From Paragordius varius (Eukaryota; Animalia; Nematomorpha), in contig OZ176052.1 of the NCBI GenBank assembly GCA_964247055.1, positions 5,766,001-5,830,000 of the forward strand: a DNA stretch of 64,000 nt, in the 5' to 3' direction. Shown here one piece after another: positions 27,746 to 40,565 of this stretch. Each line of letters begins with the position of its first letter. Position 1 is the first letter of the stretch. The position numbers and the translations under genes are program-made. Below the pieces are notes generated by a model. That model saw only the letters and a list, made by a program, of their open reading frames with translations, was not told where the DNA came from and made no database searches.

Positions 27746-29189
27746 GTAGATTTTAGATTTTTGTCTTTTATGTTTTGCATTGTTAATTATTAACAATTGT
27801 TAAGTATTTCAGACATTTTAATCAGGTAAAAATTCGGTTTTTAAATTTAGTCAAATTTAATTTTTTTTGTTTTTTTATTTAACATTGTTAATTGTAATCA
27901 ATTACTACATATTTTAGACATTTTAATAAATACAGGTAAAAATTGCGGTTTTTAATAAATTTAGTAAAAATTTAGTTTTGTTTTTTAGGTTTTGCATTGT
28001 TAATTGTAATTAATTACTACATATTTTGGACATTATAATAAATACAGGTAAAAATTGCGGTTTTTAATAAATTAAGTAAAAAATTAGTTTTTTTTGTTTT
28101 TTTAGGTTTTGCATTGTTAGTTGTAATTAATTACTACATATTTTGGACATTATTGGTAAAAATTGCGGTTTTTAATAAATTTAGTAAAAATTTAGTTTTT
28201 TTGTTATTTAGGTTTTACATTGTTAATTGTAATTAATTACTACATATTACATTTTAATAAATGTAAAAATTGCGATTTTTACAAATTTAGTAAAAATTTG
28301 TTTTTTTAGGTTTTGCATTGTTAATTCTAATTATTTACTACATATTTTGGACATTATAATAAATACAGGTAAAAATTTTAGTTTAAGAAAATTTATGTAT
28401 TATCCAAAAAAAATTTTTGTTTTTTAGGTTTTGCATTGTAAATTATACATAGTCTTGAAATACTTTTACAGACTATAATAAAGACAGGTAAAAATCAATG
28501 TTTTTCGGTTTTATATATAATTATAAATACCAACGAATTTGAAATATAATCTATATTCACATAAAATTTATTAAAAATTTTAGAGGTTTAAAAGATCGAT
28601 AATAAAGACCTTCTACTAATTAAATCACACAAAATATACTAAGCCGATATTTTTGAATTACCCTCCAAAAACTATGAATAAGAAGCATATTATTTTTAGA
28701 TATAAATAAAATTATTTATATAAAATAAATCATTATAATAATAAAAAACTAAATTTTTACTAAATTTGTTAAAAACCGTAATTTTTGCCTGTATTTATAA
28801 TGATGTCCAAAATATGTAATAATTAATTACAATTAACAATAAACCTAAAGAAAAAAAACTAAATTTTATTTATTAAAAACCGCAATTTTTACCTGTATTT
28901 ATTATAATGTCCAAAATATGTAGTAAATAATTACAATTAACAATGCAAAACCTAAAAAACAAAAAAAAACTAAATTTTTACTAAATTTATTAAAAACCGC
29001 AATTTTTACCTGTATTTATTAAAATGTCCAAAATATGTAGTAATTGATTACAATTAACAATGTTACATAAAAAAAACAAAATTGAATTTGACTAAAAACC
29101 GAATTTTACCTGATTAAAATGTCTGAAATACTTAAAAATTGTTAATAATTAACAATGCAAAACATAAAAGACAAAAATCTAAAATCTAC
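27746..29189. mobile_element. Foldback element with internally tandem-repeated inverted arms
   Basis: TTAA|GTAGATTTTAGATTTTTGTCTTTTATGTTTTGCATTG ... CAATGCAAAACATAAAAGACAAAAATCTAAAATCTAC|TTAA. The left arm has about six ~110-115-bp units (CAGGTAAAAATTGCGGTTTTTAATAAATTTAG...), the right arm about four inverted units, with a spacer at ~28500-28740. Confidence 0.85.
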
Positions 29190-31730
29190 TTAAAAAAAAT
29201 TTACCTAAATATGTCAACAAACAAATTTTAATATTTATTCTGATGTGTTAAAGTTTTCAACAATCATATAAAAAAAGGGTGATTACACCGTTTGTGTTAC
29301 ACTAGACAACAAATTTTTCTGCCACTCGATTTGCATTTTCTGATATTTATTATCATTTTAACAGTAAACTTGAAATAAAAATTAGAATTCATCTAAGAAT
29401 TTGTATTAGTGAATTATTTTGATTATGCACTCTCTTTATCAAAATTTTACTTAAAAATGTTTTTCTTTGAGAATATACAACAAAGCCCATTGGTATCTCA
29501 TTTGAAAGAGTAATGAAAACTCTATAAAATGCACACTAATATGTTCGATAGTTAATATTGGACATAGGAAGCGACAAAAGCGCGAAGCGATAGCGTTTTT
29601 CTCAAATTTTAAAATTAATGAAAAATAGCTCAAAATTTGTCTAGATGGCATTGAATGACCAAAAAAGATAACAAAAAAAAAGTTTTTTTGATTAAATCAC
29701 TTTATTCCTTTTATGCCATTCAACAGCTATTTTTAATTTTTTTAAAATTACAATCTCATCAATATTAATTTATTTTTTTAGGAAACCGATAATTTCAAAA
29801 TTTAAAAGACTAAAAAAGTTTAAGGTATTATCTTTTTAATGATTATTTAATAAATTTACAGTTATTTTCATAATTTCAGCGATTCACATAATAATATCTA
29901 AAAAAATACAAAAATTATATAGACGAGATGAAGAGCAAATCAAAAAACAACTTTTATGTAGCTATTCTCTTAACATCAAACTTATTTTTATGCTTAAAAA
30001 ACGTTTTTATGTACATATTGTTAATTCTTTTGCCTTTAATTAAATTATTTTAACTTGTCTTTCTGTTAAAAATTTTATCTCTTATTCTTATAATTTATAA
30101 TTGCATTTTTATTTAACCATATTCAATTTCAAAACCCATTATCTAAATCCTCAAGATCATTCCATCTCAAACAAGGTAGGTTCTTATAATTAATATAGCC
30201 TTGTATTTTTATGTTACTTATATCAAAGCCTAAACTCCGTGGTTACACAGATAGGAAAGGAAAAATTATGGAAGTGAATAAAACAAATAAAATGCGAATG
30301 AGTATGAAATCTTATTTAATGAAAATATCTGACCATAACATTGAAAAAAATGTATGCGACACAAACATAACGGTACCCCTTAAATACACCTGAAACCTAG
30401 TTAGTGTATAATAAATAAAGATGAGAAACTAAAGTAATTCCAATCGCTCTATACCTATAGAGTTTAATGATGTCGCCTTTAATTTGCTAAAAATTATATT
30501 CCCGTAATATCTACAATTTGGCTTAAAAATGATTATTCGTGGTCAAGGATCGAATAAATGTAATCTCTTTGAAACAAAAATCATCGGTCAATGCCCCAAT
30601 CTTGGTTTTCTCGAAAAGTCGGTAAAAAAGAAGGATATGAAGTTAGGAAGTCTTTTTATAAAAACCAAAGAACAGATCTGCGTATTGTTTTTCTCGCCTG
30701 CTTTTTGATCGATCTCTTTACCCATCGGTTTTAATCAATGGAGGAAAAAGGATAAATTATTCCATCATTAGAGTAGCCTCAATCATTGGAAAACATTTAC
30801 TACTTGGAGCAGAGAGAAGTTATAAATAAAACAGGAAATGATTCTGATCTAGAAGCGCACACGCAATCGGAAAAGAATCAATGGCGAAATATTAAACATC
30901 GATTGGCCTGCATGAAATTAATCACCCAAAATCTCTCTTTTCAAGGACATGTTAAAAGTTTAATGTATCTAGTCGGCAGCAAATCCTGGAAACCTCCTAT
31001 CCTTACCAAAACTTGTAACTCAGTTTGACCCAATAATGGCACACATGAGAAATTAAATTCCTAACACATTATCCTATGTTACACCCAAACAAAACAATTT
31101 TAAACATCTTTTAGCTTCAAGAGTTGCTTAATTGATCGATACATAAAAAGTGAATATTTTGGATTGATATTTCAACACCAGATATAGCCCACCGAGAACA
31201 AATTTCTCAGTTGTATTTGTGTTTATTGATTATGAGAAGAAAGTTGTCATAAAAGAATCCTTTTTGTGTTTTTTTAGTTGTTATGCAATGTCATTTAAAA
31301 GGGTAATTTTAGAATATTTAAATTAATCAGTTATCAAATTGTAGATAGCAATGCTATGATAATGTAGCTGTGGGTCACATTTCAGACGGTCAATAAAAAA
31401 TTCTGGAAAAAAATAAAAGACAAATATTTGTTAACTGTGACAATCATTCCTTGAATTTAATAGGAGTCACGGTAGCAAAACGAGATGTTATTGTCGTGAA
31501 GATTTTTCACGTTCAACTATGAGATGTGTTAAAAATATACAAAAAAAACTGTTAAGCGTGGAAAAAAACCCGATAGAGTGCTAGAATTTAAGCAGTTAAT
31601 GCCATTGTTGAGGGAATAACAATTTGATAGAGCTATGATATATGTAAAAATAAAATACTAGTTAAGCAAGAAGTGAGGCTTCCGTTTTAATTCAGAGTAC
31701 TTTAAATTTCAATATTTTAACTTATACCAT

Positions 31731-32958
31731 TGTTACACATGCAAATTTTATATATATATTTTGTTAATATATTATAATTTTCTGTAAGATTTACATTGTC
31801 TTATTTTTATATTTTTTGTACTATGTTAATATTATATCATTTGTTACTCGAAATTTTGTTGATATAATGCAAATTATGTTCACCCAAAAATAGTATATAT
31901 AAAGCACAAAAAAACCGAATAAATATCATTTCAAAGTTACGTTTTATACCTTTGTTGCCTTTAACATCTGGTGGCCAAGCGAATCCGAACTAATCTAACA
32001 ACTAATCTTAGAGAACAGTGGAGCTCCCACCGAGTTCCAAACTCATGGTGGAAGACCCCAAAGTGCAACCAGGACAATGTCGATTACCAATGTCACGAAC
32101 ATGTCCATCAAAAAAATATAACGATAATACCAATTATAACAATGGTAATAATATATAATCGATTACAACAATCAAAACCTCGGACACATTCGCGCAAGGG
32201 TTATGGGAGTAGCTATGGGCCAAGCAAATGTCCCGCCTGGAACCCCAATTGCAAATGCGGAAAACTCAACCACTTCGCTAATGTAGATCAAAAAACACTG
32301 CCAAAAGTTTATTCAACCGCCAAATTCATAGAAAAGCAATGCCAACCGCCAGCGCACTGAAAGCGAACGGGCTAAGAATCTGTAGCGACTCTAGAATCAC
32401 GATCCATAAATGGCTGCGGAGGACTCCCACATCATTCAACATTTGATGGTTGGGTAAGTAAGATTGGCGCCAAGCTTTTAATAAATTGATCTGCAAGACT
32501 CCTGCCTGCCGATGGCTAAAGAGTAGTAACACCTTTCAAAGCAAAGAGGATGTTTCCGTTACAAAAAGATACCGTTCAGATTCCCCACAGCGGCGATATT
32601 TAAGTGTGACTGGACCAGTTTAACAAGAAATGGTCCAGGATGGCGTGAGGCATAGATCAAATGATTCGTCGACACACACAACACGTGATGTTATCATTCA
32701 AACTAGGATTATTTCTCCTAAGGGTGAAGTAATGTTACACATGCATATTAATATATATTTTGTTTGTATATTATAATTTTCTGTAAGATTTGCATTGTCT
32801 TATTTTTATATTTGTACTATGATATCATATCCTTTGTTAATCAAAATTTTATTGATATAATGCAAATTTGTTCACCTAAAAAAGTATGTATAAAGCACAA
32901 AAAAACCGAATAAATATCATTTCAAGGTTACGTTTTATACCTTTGTTACCTTCTAACA
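31731..32958 (+). mobile_element. Short non-autonomous LTR retroelement (internally deleted Ty3/gypsy-like, TRIM-sized)
   Basis: Direct repeats at 31731-31966 and 32733-32958, both TGTTA...TAACA; flanks ACCAT/ACTAT (4/5 TSD). TGGTG follows the 5' LTR and purine-rich AAGGGTGAAGTAA precedes the 3' LTR. The interior carries a degenerate gag knuckle KCPAWNPNCKCGKLNHFANV. Confidence 0.85.
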
Positions 32959-33111
32959 ACTATCAAATATTTAGAGGAATCGATAGGGTTTAACATAGAT
33001 TGCAAGATCTTAAAATTAAGAATTAAACCTTAACTATTGAATCATCAGATATTCGGAATCAACTTTGCAAGGAAGCCATAAAAAAGATTAAATTATATGT
33101 GAAAACTAGGA

Positions 33112-35922
33112 TGTTTTTCCCAGTCAAAAAAACGTTTTCCCAGTCAATAAAAACGATTTTCTTTTTGGTGATAAATATCAAAACAATATAAAAATAACGT
33201 AAACATTATCAGCGTAAGATTAGGATATTATTTTTAATAAAAACACAATTATTGAATGACAATTTTCCAATTATATTCCAGTACACTAATGTGACCAGAT
33301 ATTTTTAACTTGAACGCAGTACAAAATTAAAACATACTGTGCCTTGTTTTTAAACCATCGGTGTGGAATATTCCACAGTTAAAAATATCCTGATGAAATA
33401 TATATATATATATATATATATATATTCTGATAGGAAAATATCAGGATTATCATGGTGCTTTTGGTTTAAACCTTTACGAGTTATTAAAAAAAGTTATTTA
33501 CAGTAAGTGCTCCGTAAATAATTGCAAAAGGGGCGCAATTTTTTAAATATATTTTTGGTGAATGCTAAATGTATATTTTCAAAAAATATCACTAAAATAT
33601 AACATAAACTCCATATAAAAAGCAAAACAATGTTTTAAAAATTTTAAATTTTTAGATGTGGCTCTAAAAGTCCCAATTTTTTTGGCTCTTTTAAAATGAA
33701 CCGTTCTCTTAAAATAAACGTAAAATTCCTTTTCATACTATTTTGAGCATGATGGAAACGATATAAACGGTTGAGATGTTATAACATTTTATATATATAT
33801 AATTCGATAATGCTAATTTCTCACACGGATTTTGATTGAAATATTTGTTCGTTGTCAAAATTATGTTAATAAAAATTGTTTTTTTTACAAATATGCACCA
33901 AAATTTGCAAGCAAACATTAAACTATGAATGTTCAACATCATCGAATTATTTGGAAAAAAAATTTTATTATATCTCAAAGCGTTATACAGTTTCCATGAT
34001 GCTTCAAAACAGTTTGAAATACACTTCAACAAAATATCTCAGTTTTACTTAATGCAAAAAAATAAGATAACTAATAAAAATTAATGTTTAGAGGCGTGAT
34101 GGTATAGTGGGTAGCCGGACTCTTCACTGCATGACAGAGTTTGAACCTCGAAACTACGCATTTTTTCCATCATTACTGTCAGCCCTGGGCAGGCGAAAGT
34201 TAAGGCCTTTACAAGTCCGGATACAATTTAAGTCCTTGCCCTTTAATTAAAAAGGAAAAAAGAGACTCTAAACTGTATAAAAAAAATAAAAATTAATGTT
34301 TAGGAAAAAAATTAAAAAATATCATACCTACAACCTAATGAGTATGGATATCGTAAAAACTCTATTTTTTTACGAAAGGTTATTTCGAAATCATCTGCCA
34401 TATATAATAAATTTTAAATTTTTCTATATAATTTTCCGTTTAATAATTGTAACAAAAAATAAACTTTCTAACTGTGAAACATTTATGAAAATATCATAAA
34501 TTAGATTTTTAATTTTAAACGATAAGTGAAAGAACCATTAGTCTGAATCTTACGGTGTAGACTCCGAGATTTATAGTTTCGCCACTGCGCGAAAGGCCGT
34601 AATCCTATGTTTTATGTATATTTCGAGCAGATTAGTTTTGTACCTCAAAATGCATTTCTTTACCAATTATGAGGTTATTTTTACAGAGGGTACTATATTA
34701 AATTCTAAAATATTTTTTTTGAATAAAATAAAGGTAAATAATGTATATTTAAAAAATAATTTTTTTTATTTCAAAAAGCAGTACAAAAGTGGGCGCAGTA
34801 CATGCGCAGTTTTTTTCAGAAAACCCAGTACAGTACTGCGAAAAACAGCCTATCTGGTCACTATACAATACACAATCACCAATAACCTACTCTTTAAAAG
34901 TTTTATTTTTGGAATTCGAAATGTTTTTAAAATAATATTTTTTGGTTTATTAATGGTTCGCATTATTTGCGGCTAACTAAAAAATCTATAGTTACGGATG
35001 CAATAATATAATTAAAAAAAATATACCATTTTTATCTTAAAGGTCATAACACTTCATATTGAATCTTAAACATAAATTTTATCCTAATTTTAAATATTTA
35101 TCATTTGGTCCATCGGGGGCCCAATGCGGCCTTCCGAGTTGTGGGCCCGCGAAAAATTTGGAAAGCCATAAGCAAAATATGCGCACAAAATCTTAGTAAT
35201 ATTATATTTCTTACGCAATTAATCTGAATGAGTTTATTAAATTGGTAACGAATTAATAAAAATTGTTATATTGTGTTTGTATTTTACAATCTTATGTCTA
35301 ATCGAAAAATTATTTATCGTATATACTTCGAATGCGGAACGCCGTGCTTTTTGAGTTAGAAATACGGCGCGCGAAGCCATTTGGTTGGACACCCCTGTTT
35401 TAGTCAACTATCTTTTTATTAAAAATTTTTAAATCAAAAACATTTTTATCGAAAAGAATTTTTGTGATGTTTTTTCCGACAGTATTTTTATCAACAAACT
35501 TGACATGTTTAAAAACTGTTTTGAAGCTTTCGGCAAATATTTATGCGAACCATCGATAAAATTATATCTCAAATTCCAAAAAATATAACTTTTAGAAAAT
35601 AATTCATTAATGATTGTGCACTGAAATATAATTGGAAAAACTGTCATTCAAATTGTGTTTTTAGAAAAAATAATATCCTAATATTACGCTGATAATGGTT
35701 AAAAGTTAATTTGTATCTTGTTTTAATATTTATCAAAAATAAAACCGTTTTAATTGATTGGGAAAATGTTTTTATTAGCTAGAAAAATGTTTCGATTGAT
35801 TGGGAAAACGTTTCGATTGACTGAGAAAATGTTTACATTAATTGGGAAAACGTTTTTGACTGAGTTTCGATTGATTGAGAAAATGTTTTGATTGACTAGG
35901 AAAACGTTTATCTGGAAAATGG

Positions 35923-35923
<1 letters not shown>
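33112..35923. mobile_element. ~2.8-kb element with long inverted arms and ~20-bp subterminal tandem repeats, inserted in the hAT pseudogene and itself hosting other elements
   Basis: 33112-33290 is the inverted homolog of ~35617-35923; GATTGACTGGGAAAACGTTT-type units at 35750-35910 and their inverse at 33115-33165; right end GGAAAATGGTA|TA. Left end appears truncated. Confidence 0.65.
34093..34260 (+). mobile_element. tRNA-derived SINE-like element
   Basis: GCGTGATGGTATAGTGGGTAGC (Pol III box A-like) and GAGTTTGAACC (box B-like), no complete cloverleaf, non-tRNA body and A-rich end. Confidence 0.45.
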
Positions 35924-35955
<32 letters not shown>

Positions 35956-36599
35956 CAACCCGTGCTAGAAAGCCAAAAACACGAGAATCAGATGGAGTGT
36001 TTCTTAGCAGAAAGTGAATTTTCTCGGATTATGAAACGTAATGGATAAATTGCAACATATGGAAAAGCGATCTTCTAAGCTAAAAGATGTAAATTGTTTG
36101 GATTTTTGTTAAAACTCAAAAATTTATTAATAGCAATAATGATTTAAAAAATAATTGTAAATCTAAAGGCGAATTACAATACACATTTTAATGGAACAGA
36201 TCTTTATAAAAATTGTGTTTGTAGGATGTTACCCGAACCTAAAACTGTTAGACTCTGAAACTTTATTATATCATACGACGAAGATGTGTTTCCCAATTTA
36301 AGGGTTGCTTTTTATTTACTTTTAACTTCAACGTCAGTCGCTAGTTGTAAAAGGTCATTCAGCAAATTGAAATCAATCTTTATATATTTATGGGATCGAC
36401 GATGAGTGAAGATCGTTTAAATGACTTAACATTGTTGAGTGTGGAAAATAAAAATTTGATATGATAGATTTCAATGATATAATTGATAATTTTGCAATAT
36501 CAAAAGCTAGAAAAGTTTTCACATAAAAGAAATTTTTTCTCTTAGTTGCCTCTTTCCTTTCCAAGTAGGAAAATCTCATATATAACGTTTACGGATTTA

Positions 36600-37160
36600 A
36601 ATTTGAATACAACACATTCATTTTAGTCCTTCGATGCAAAATGGGGTAGTTGGATACCCCAGGCCTGTTTAATTTTTTTTTCAAAAATTATGGAATGAAT
36701 TGAGATCTTGGCAAAAATTTCCACATTTACATTAATCAACTGAACTATATAAAAAAAATTCATTCAAAAATACTTGATATTACTTATTTTAAGGTAAAAA
36801 AAGGAAAAAATTTAGTCGACATGAATGTTTGCATTTGCTAATTTTAAAAATAATACAAAATAAACCGCTTTTTTTTGTTTCTATCAATGTTAAATGATAA
36901 AAAATTAGCTTTCATTTTAGCTTTAAAATTAAATAAACACGATGTTTTGCAAAAAAATGTTGTGAAATAAAATGGCGTCGAAGTAGTTTGATAAGAAACT
37001 TTTTCTTCAAAACCAAATTTTATTTGATTTCGGCTCATTTACATAATTTTGATTAGGATGGAAGCATAACTTTAAATTGGGACCATTACTTTTAATAGTT
37101 TAAAAATATAATTTTAAATATAGTCTGGGGTATTTAGACACCCCAATTTGAATCGAAGTG
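36600..37160 (-). mobile_element. piggyBac-like MITE family copy (degenerate ends)
   Basis: Inverted homolog of 53381-53950 (TAGTCCTTCGAT..GGGGTAGTTGGATACCCC ... GGGGTATTTAGACACCCCAATTTGAATCGAAGTG). Confidence 0.65.
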
Positions 37161-37543
37161 TAAATAAATTGCATTACATAAATTGTTTTAAAATTTAATT
37201 CCGTTAAAATCTGTTTTTTGTTTTTTATATATTTAACCATTTTACCTAAATATCCTAACTAAATGGTTTTCATAATTTATGCACCATGGGCTTATTAAGC
37301 AAATTCATGTTATTTTACAAAATATAAAATTAGAAATTAACCCAATAACATTCTATTTTTAATTATTGTATCTTATATATTTGTGGCTAATTACAAGCTA
37401 TAAATTACACATTTCGCCAATATAGCAAACATGCAAACGTTTTATTTATAAATAATTTATGTAAACCCAGAAGTTACCAAGTCATTATGTTAGTGCAAAT
37501 ATATTTTTGTAAATCTAATTTCATCATAATTTTCCTTTTTGAT

Positions 37544-38958
37544 ATGTTTAAACTAACCGTATTACCAACCAAAGAATGCTTGTTTCTAACTAAAAGAATT
37601 CTAAGTTTATATCAATTAACAACCCAAACACGATTCGGAAAAATTTTTCCCTATGCTAACATAACATTGCTTATTGTAGGCGTACTTGGAAACATCATAT
37701 ATTTTTTATGTGTCTCCAAACTTAATCGTCGATCTCATTTTTTTATATATATTTATAGTCTAGTTTTTTGGGATGTGTTGAGTCTATGTTTCCGAATATA
37801 TTGGCCTATAATTGCTTACAGCCCCAAAATTCTAAGGCTGTCCTTTCCTGAAGCTTTTATGATAAACAAATTTTGTTATTTTATAAAAGAACTAACAAAC
37901 GGGAACATCAATTTTATTACAGTGGCTATTGTGATTGATAGATTTTTCGCTATTTATAAACCTCATCTTTATCGAACATATATAAATCGTAAAAGAGTTC
38001 TCATTATAGTGATATTACTTGCCTTACTCAGTGGCATTTTGGCCAGTCCCTTTCTCTTTAAAATCAATAATGTAGCAATGTGTGGCCCGAAAAACCTTAT
38101 AGATACAGTTAATCAGAGTTTCACACCCGTGTGTAAAATTATAAGATTGCAATATGTCTCATATCTGGATACTAACAATGTAACTGAATATAGATCTTCT
38201 TACTGGCCAACCAAAACTTGGAATTCTTTTCTATGCCCTAAAAATGAAACGGTTTATTATTTGGGTGTTTTGAGTCAAAGTTGGACTTTACAGTTTAGCA
38301 ACTTTTTCGTTATTATGGCATATTTAATACCCATCGTTTTGATTGTATTTGGAAACATACAAGTTTACATACTTCTAAAGCGGAAGAAACGGTATTTTTT
38401 TTAATATATATATATACAATTTTTGATTAGAAACGCAATGCAAATATTTCACCTGTAAATAAAAATTTTATTTAAAAAATTTATTATGATATTGAAATAT
38501 TGTTTAGTGTTCATTCATCGATATCAAGCAATGAAAAAGGGTCAGATACCGTTAAAGATTCAACTCTAGTCAATGTCATGCATATTAGTTTTCTTATCAA
38601 TCGCTATTATAATTATAAAAAACAAAAAAAATTTAGTATTAAACGATCCCAATCAGCCGCTTTCAAATCAGTGTTTAGTAATACGGTTTCAAACAGGAAT
38701 GTTTTTACACTCAAAAATTACAATAGGAATCAGGAGTATTTTATGTTAATAAAAGCACAAAGCATTGCCGTTCTGTTGTGCAATGGGCCATGGGTCATTT
38801 TTGCCCTTTGTCGTTCCTGGAATATAATTTTCAATGAAAGCTGGTCGCAAAAAGTAACTTGGATGGTATTATATCTTTTAAAACATTTGTATGCTATCGC
38901 AAGTGTCTACATTAACATTTTTTTGGATCCAGACGTACGAAAAGTCTTGAAACATTAA
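37544..38958 (+). CDS. Orphan class A GPCR, copy 2, 432 aa (tandem paralog of copy 1)
   Basis: Exons 37544-38391 and 38508-38958 (116-nt phase-2 intron), same exon lengths as copy 1 (848+451), intact frame. The duplicated block spans ~24960-27360 vs ~37235-39510, including flanks. Confidence 0.88.
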
Positions 38959-40532
38959 TGTATGCAATTTATAGCCGTATATTTAGATTTTGTATTATTT
39001 CTGTAGTATTTTATATACTTGAAAAATAAATATACGTGTAAAGGTATTATTATAGGCTGTTACCATATTTTATATTGACAGTAAAACGAAAACTTTAAAA
39101 TTTGATCCATATAGCCTTTATTTGGTTGGAAAAAGTTTGTTTTTTGCTTAAATTACTCAGTAAATAAAATCCGGATGTAAAAAATATCTGTGAAATATAA
39201 TTATTCTGATAGATGAATGCGGCTTTACGAATCATTAAAAAAATATGTACTCGTAATTACTCCATATCTAAAAATGACATCATGCTAAATGAAATTTTTG
39301 GTAAGGGCCAGTCATTCCAAAAATATAAAAATTTATATAAACTATATTTAAAAAGAAAAATAAAATGTATAAATTTTGAATTCTGTATATTTTTATTGTA
39401 GGGTCCAAAAGTTCCAAATTTTTGGACCACATTAAAATTACACTGCTTTTGTTGAAGTTTATTTTAAGGTATTTTTCATAGAAACGGTATTAACACATTT
39501 TAATATAAGATTTACTTCTTGCCAATGATTCAATGTTGATTATCATTTCTATCAACTCACAAATTTGTTTTAAAAATTTGTTTGCCTACAAAATAGAGTT
39601 AATCCTTAAAAAAGTTTACCCAAATTGAGGTGTTGAAAATATCAACGATCGAATTATATAGAAAAAGGGTGTTTTCATCGTTTCCATTGTGCTGAATATT
39701 CATAAAATACGTGTCAACAAAATGCTACAATTGATATGTTTTTCTATGAAAACTTATTTTGATGTCATAATCTACATGTATTAAAAAGTTTTAACCGCGC
39801 TTTCACGTCATTTTTTTGAATTAGCCCATTATCCAAAAATTAAAATTTAACATAATTATTGGTATCGTGATATATATATTAATAATATTTATCAGATATA
39901 TTTTTGTGTTCCCTGCGATGTTTCGGCGTTTCGGAAGCCGAGCCAAAAATTAATTTTATATATCATTACAATTTTTCCATTTATTTACAGTCATGTCTAG
40001 GTGTTGTTGTTTGTCTTTCCACATGATATATTTTTTTCCTTTTAAAAATTTTTGTAAGAAATTATATTAAAGTTTCTACTAAAAACAAAAGAAAAGTGCT
40101 ATTAACAATCAGAAAATAGAATCTATTATACATGACTGTAATATAATTAATTAATGATTGAAAGTTATTTGCCTTCTTATAGAAAACGGTTTCATTGATG
40201 TATGATTTTTAAATTATTCAAAACACAGTGCACACCAAAATATACCATTTGCACGTCAAGGTGTCCTTTAACACTTAAGTTGGCCTTTGAACACTTTAAG
40301 TTGGTCTGAACACTTGAAATCGGTTTTTAAACATTTTAAGTTGGTCTTTTAACACTTCAAGTAGAATCAGTGGCGTACCGAGCATTTGCGGCGCCCGGGG
40401 CATAAAAATTTTATGGCGCCCCCCCCCCCTTTTTTTTAAAAAAAGCCAATAATGCTATATAGTAAAAAAATACAAACGTTGTAACCTAAACACCATAGAT
40501 AAGACAGCACAGTCATATATATTCTAAATATA

Positions 40533-40565
<33 letters not shown>

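Larger units (their letters stand above)
30560..36526 (+). pseudogene. Fragmented hAT transposase (TTF zinc finger/DUF4371/dimerisation domain), split by nested insertions
   Basis: Recognisable motifs occur in order: AYCF..GFNQWRK..H*SSLNH (~30680-30800); EKNQWRNI..QNLSFQGH (~30870); TPDIAHREQ (~31175); QCYDN..CDNHSLNL (~31350-31460); FPNLRVA..LLTSTSVASCKRSFSKLK..TMSEDRLNDLTLLSVE..IIDNFAISKARKVFT* (36290-36526). Many stops and frameshifts. Confidence 0.85.

Noticed and set aside
27746-28500. Regular repeat array resembling CRISPR
   Set aside because: Units are contiguous tandem copies without unique spacers, they are mirrored by an inverted arm, no cas genes are present, and the context is eukaryotic.
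34093-34165. Functional tRNA gene
   Set aside because: Only box A/B-like motifs are present; I could not form acceptor and anticodon stems, so it is called SINE-like.
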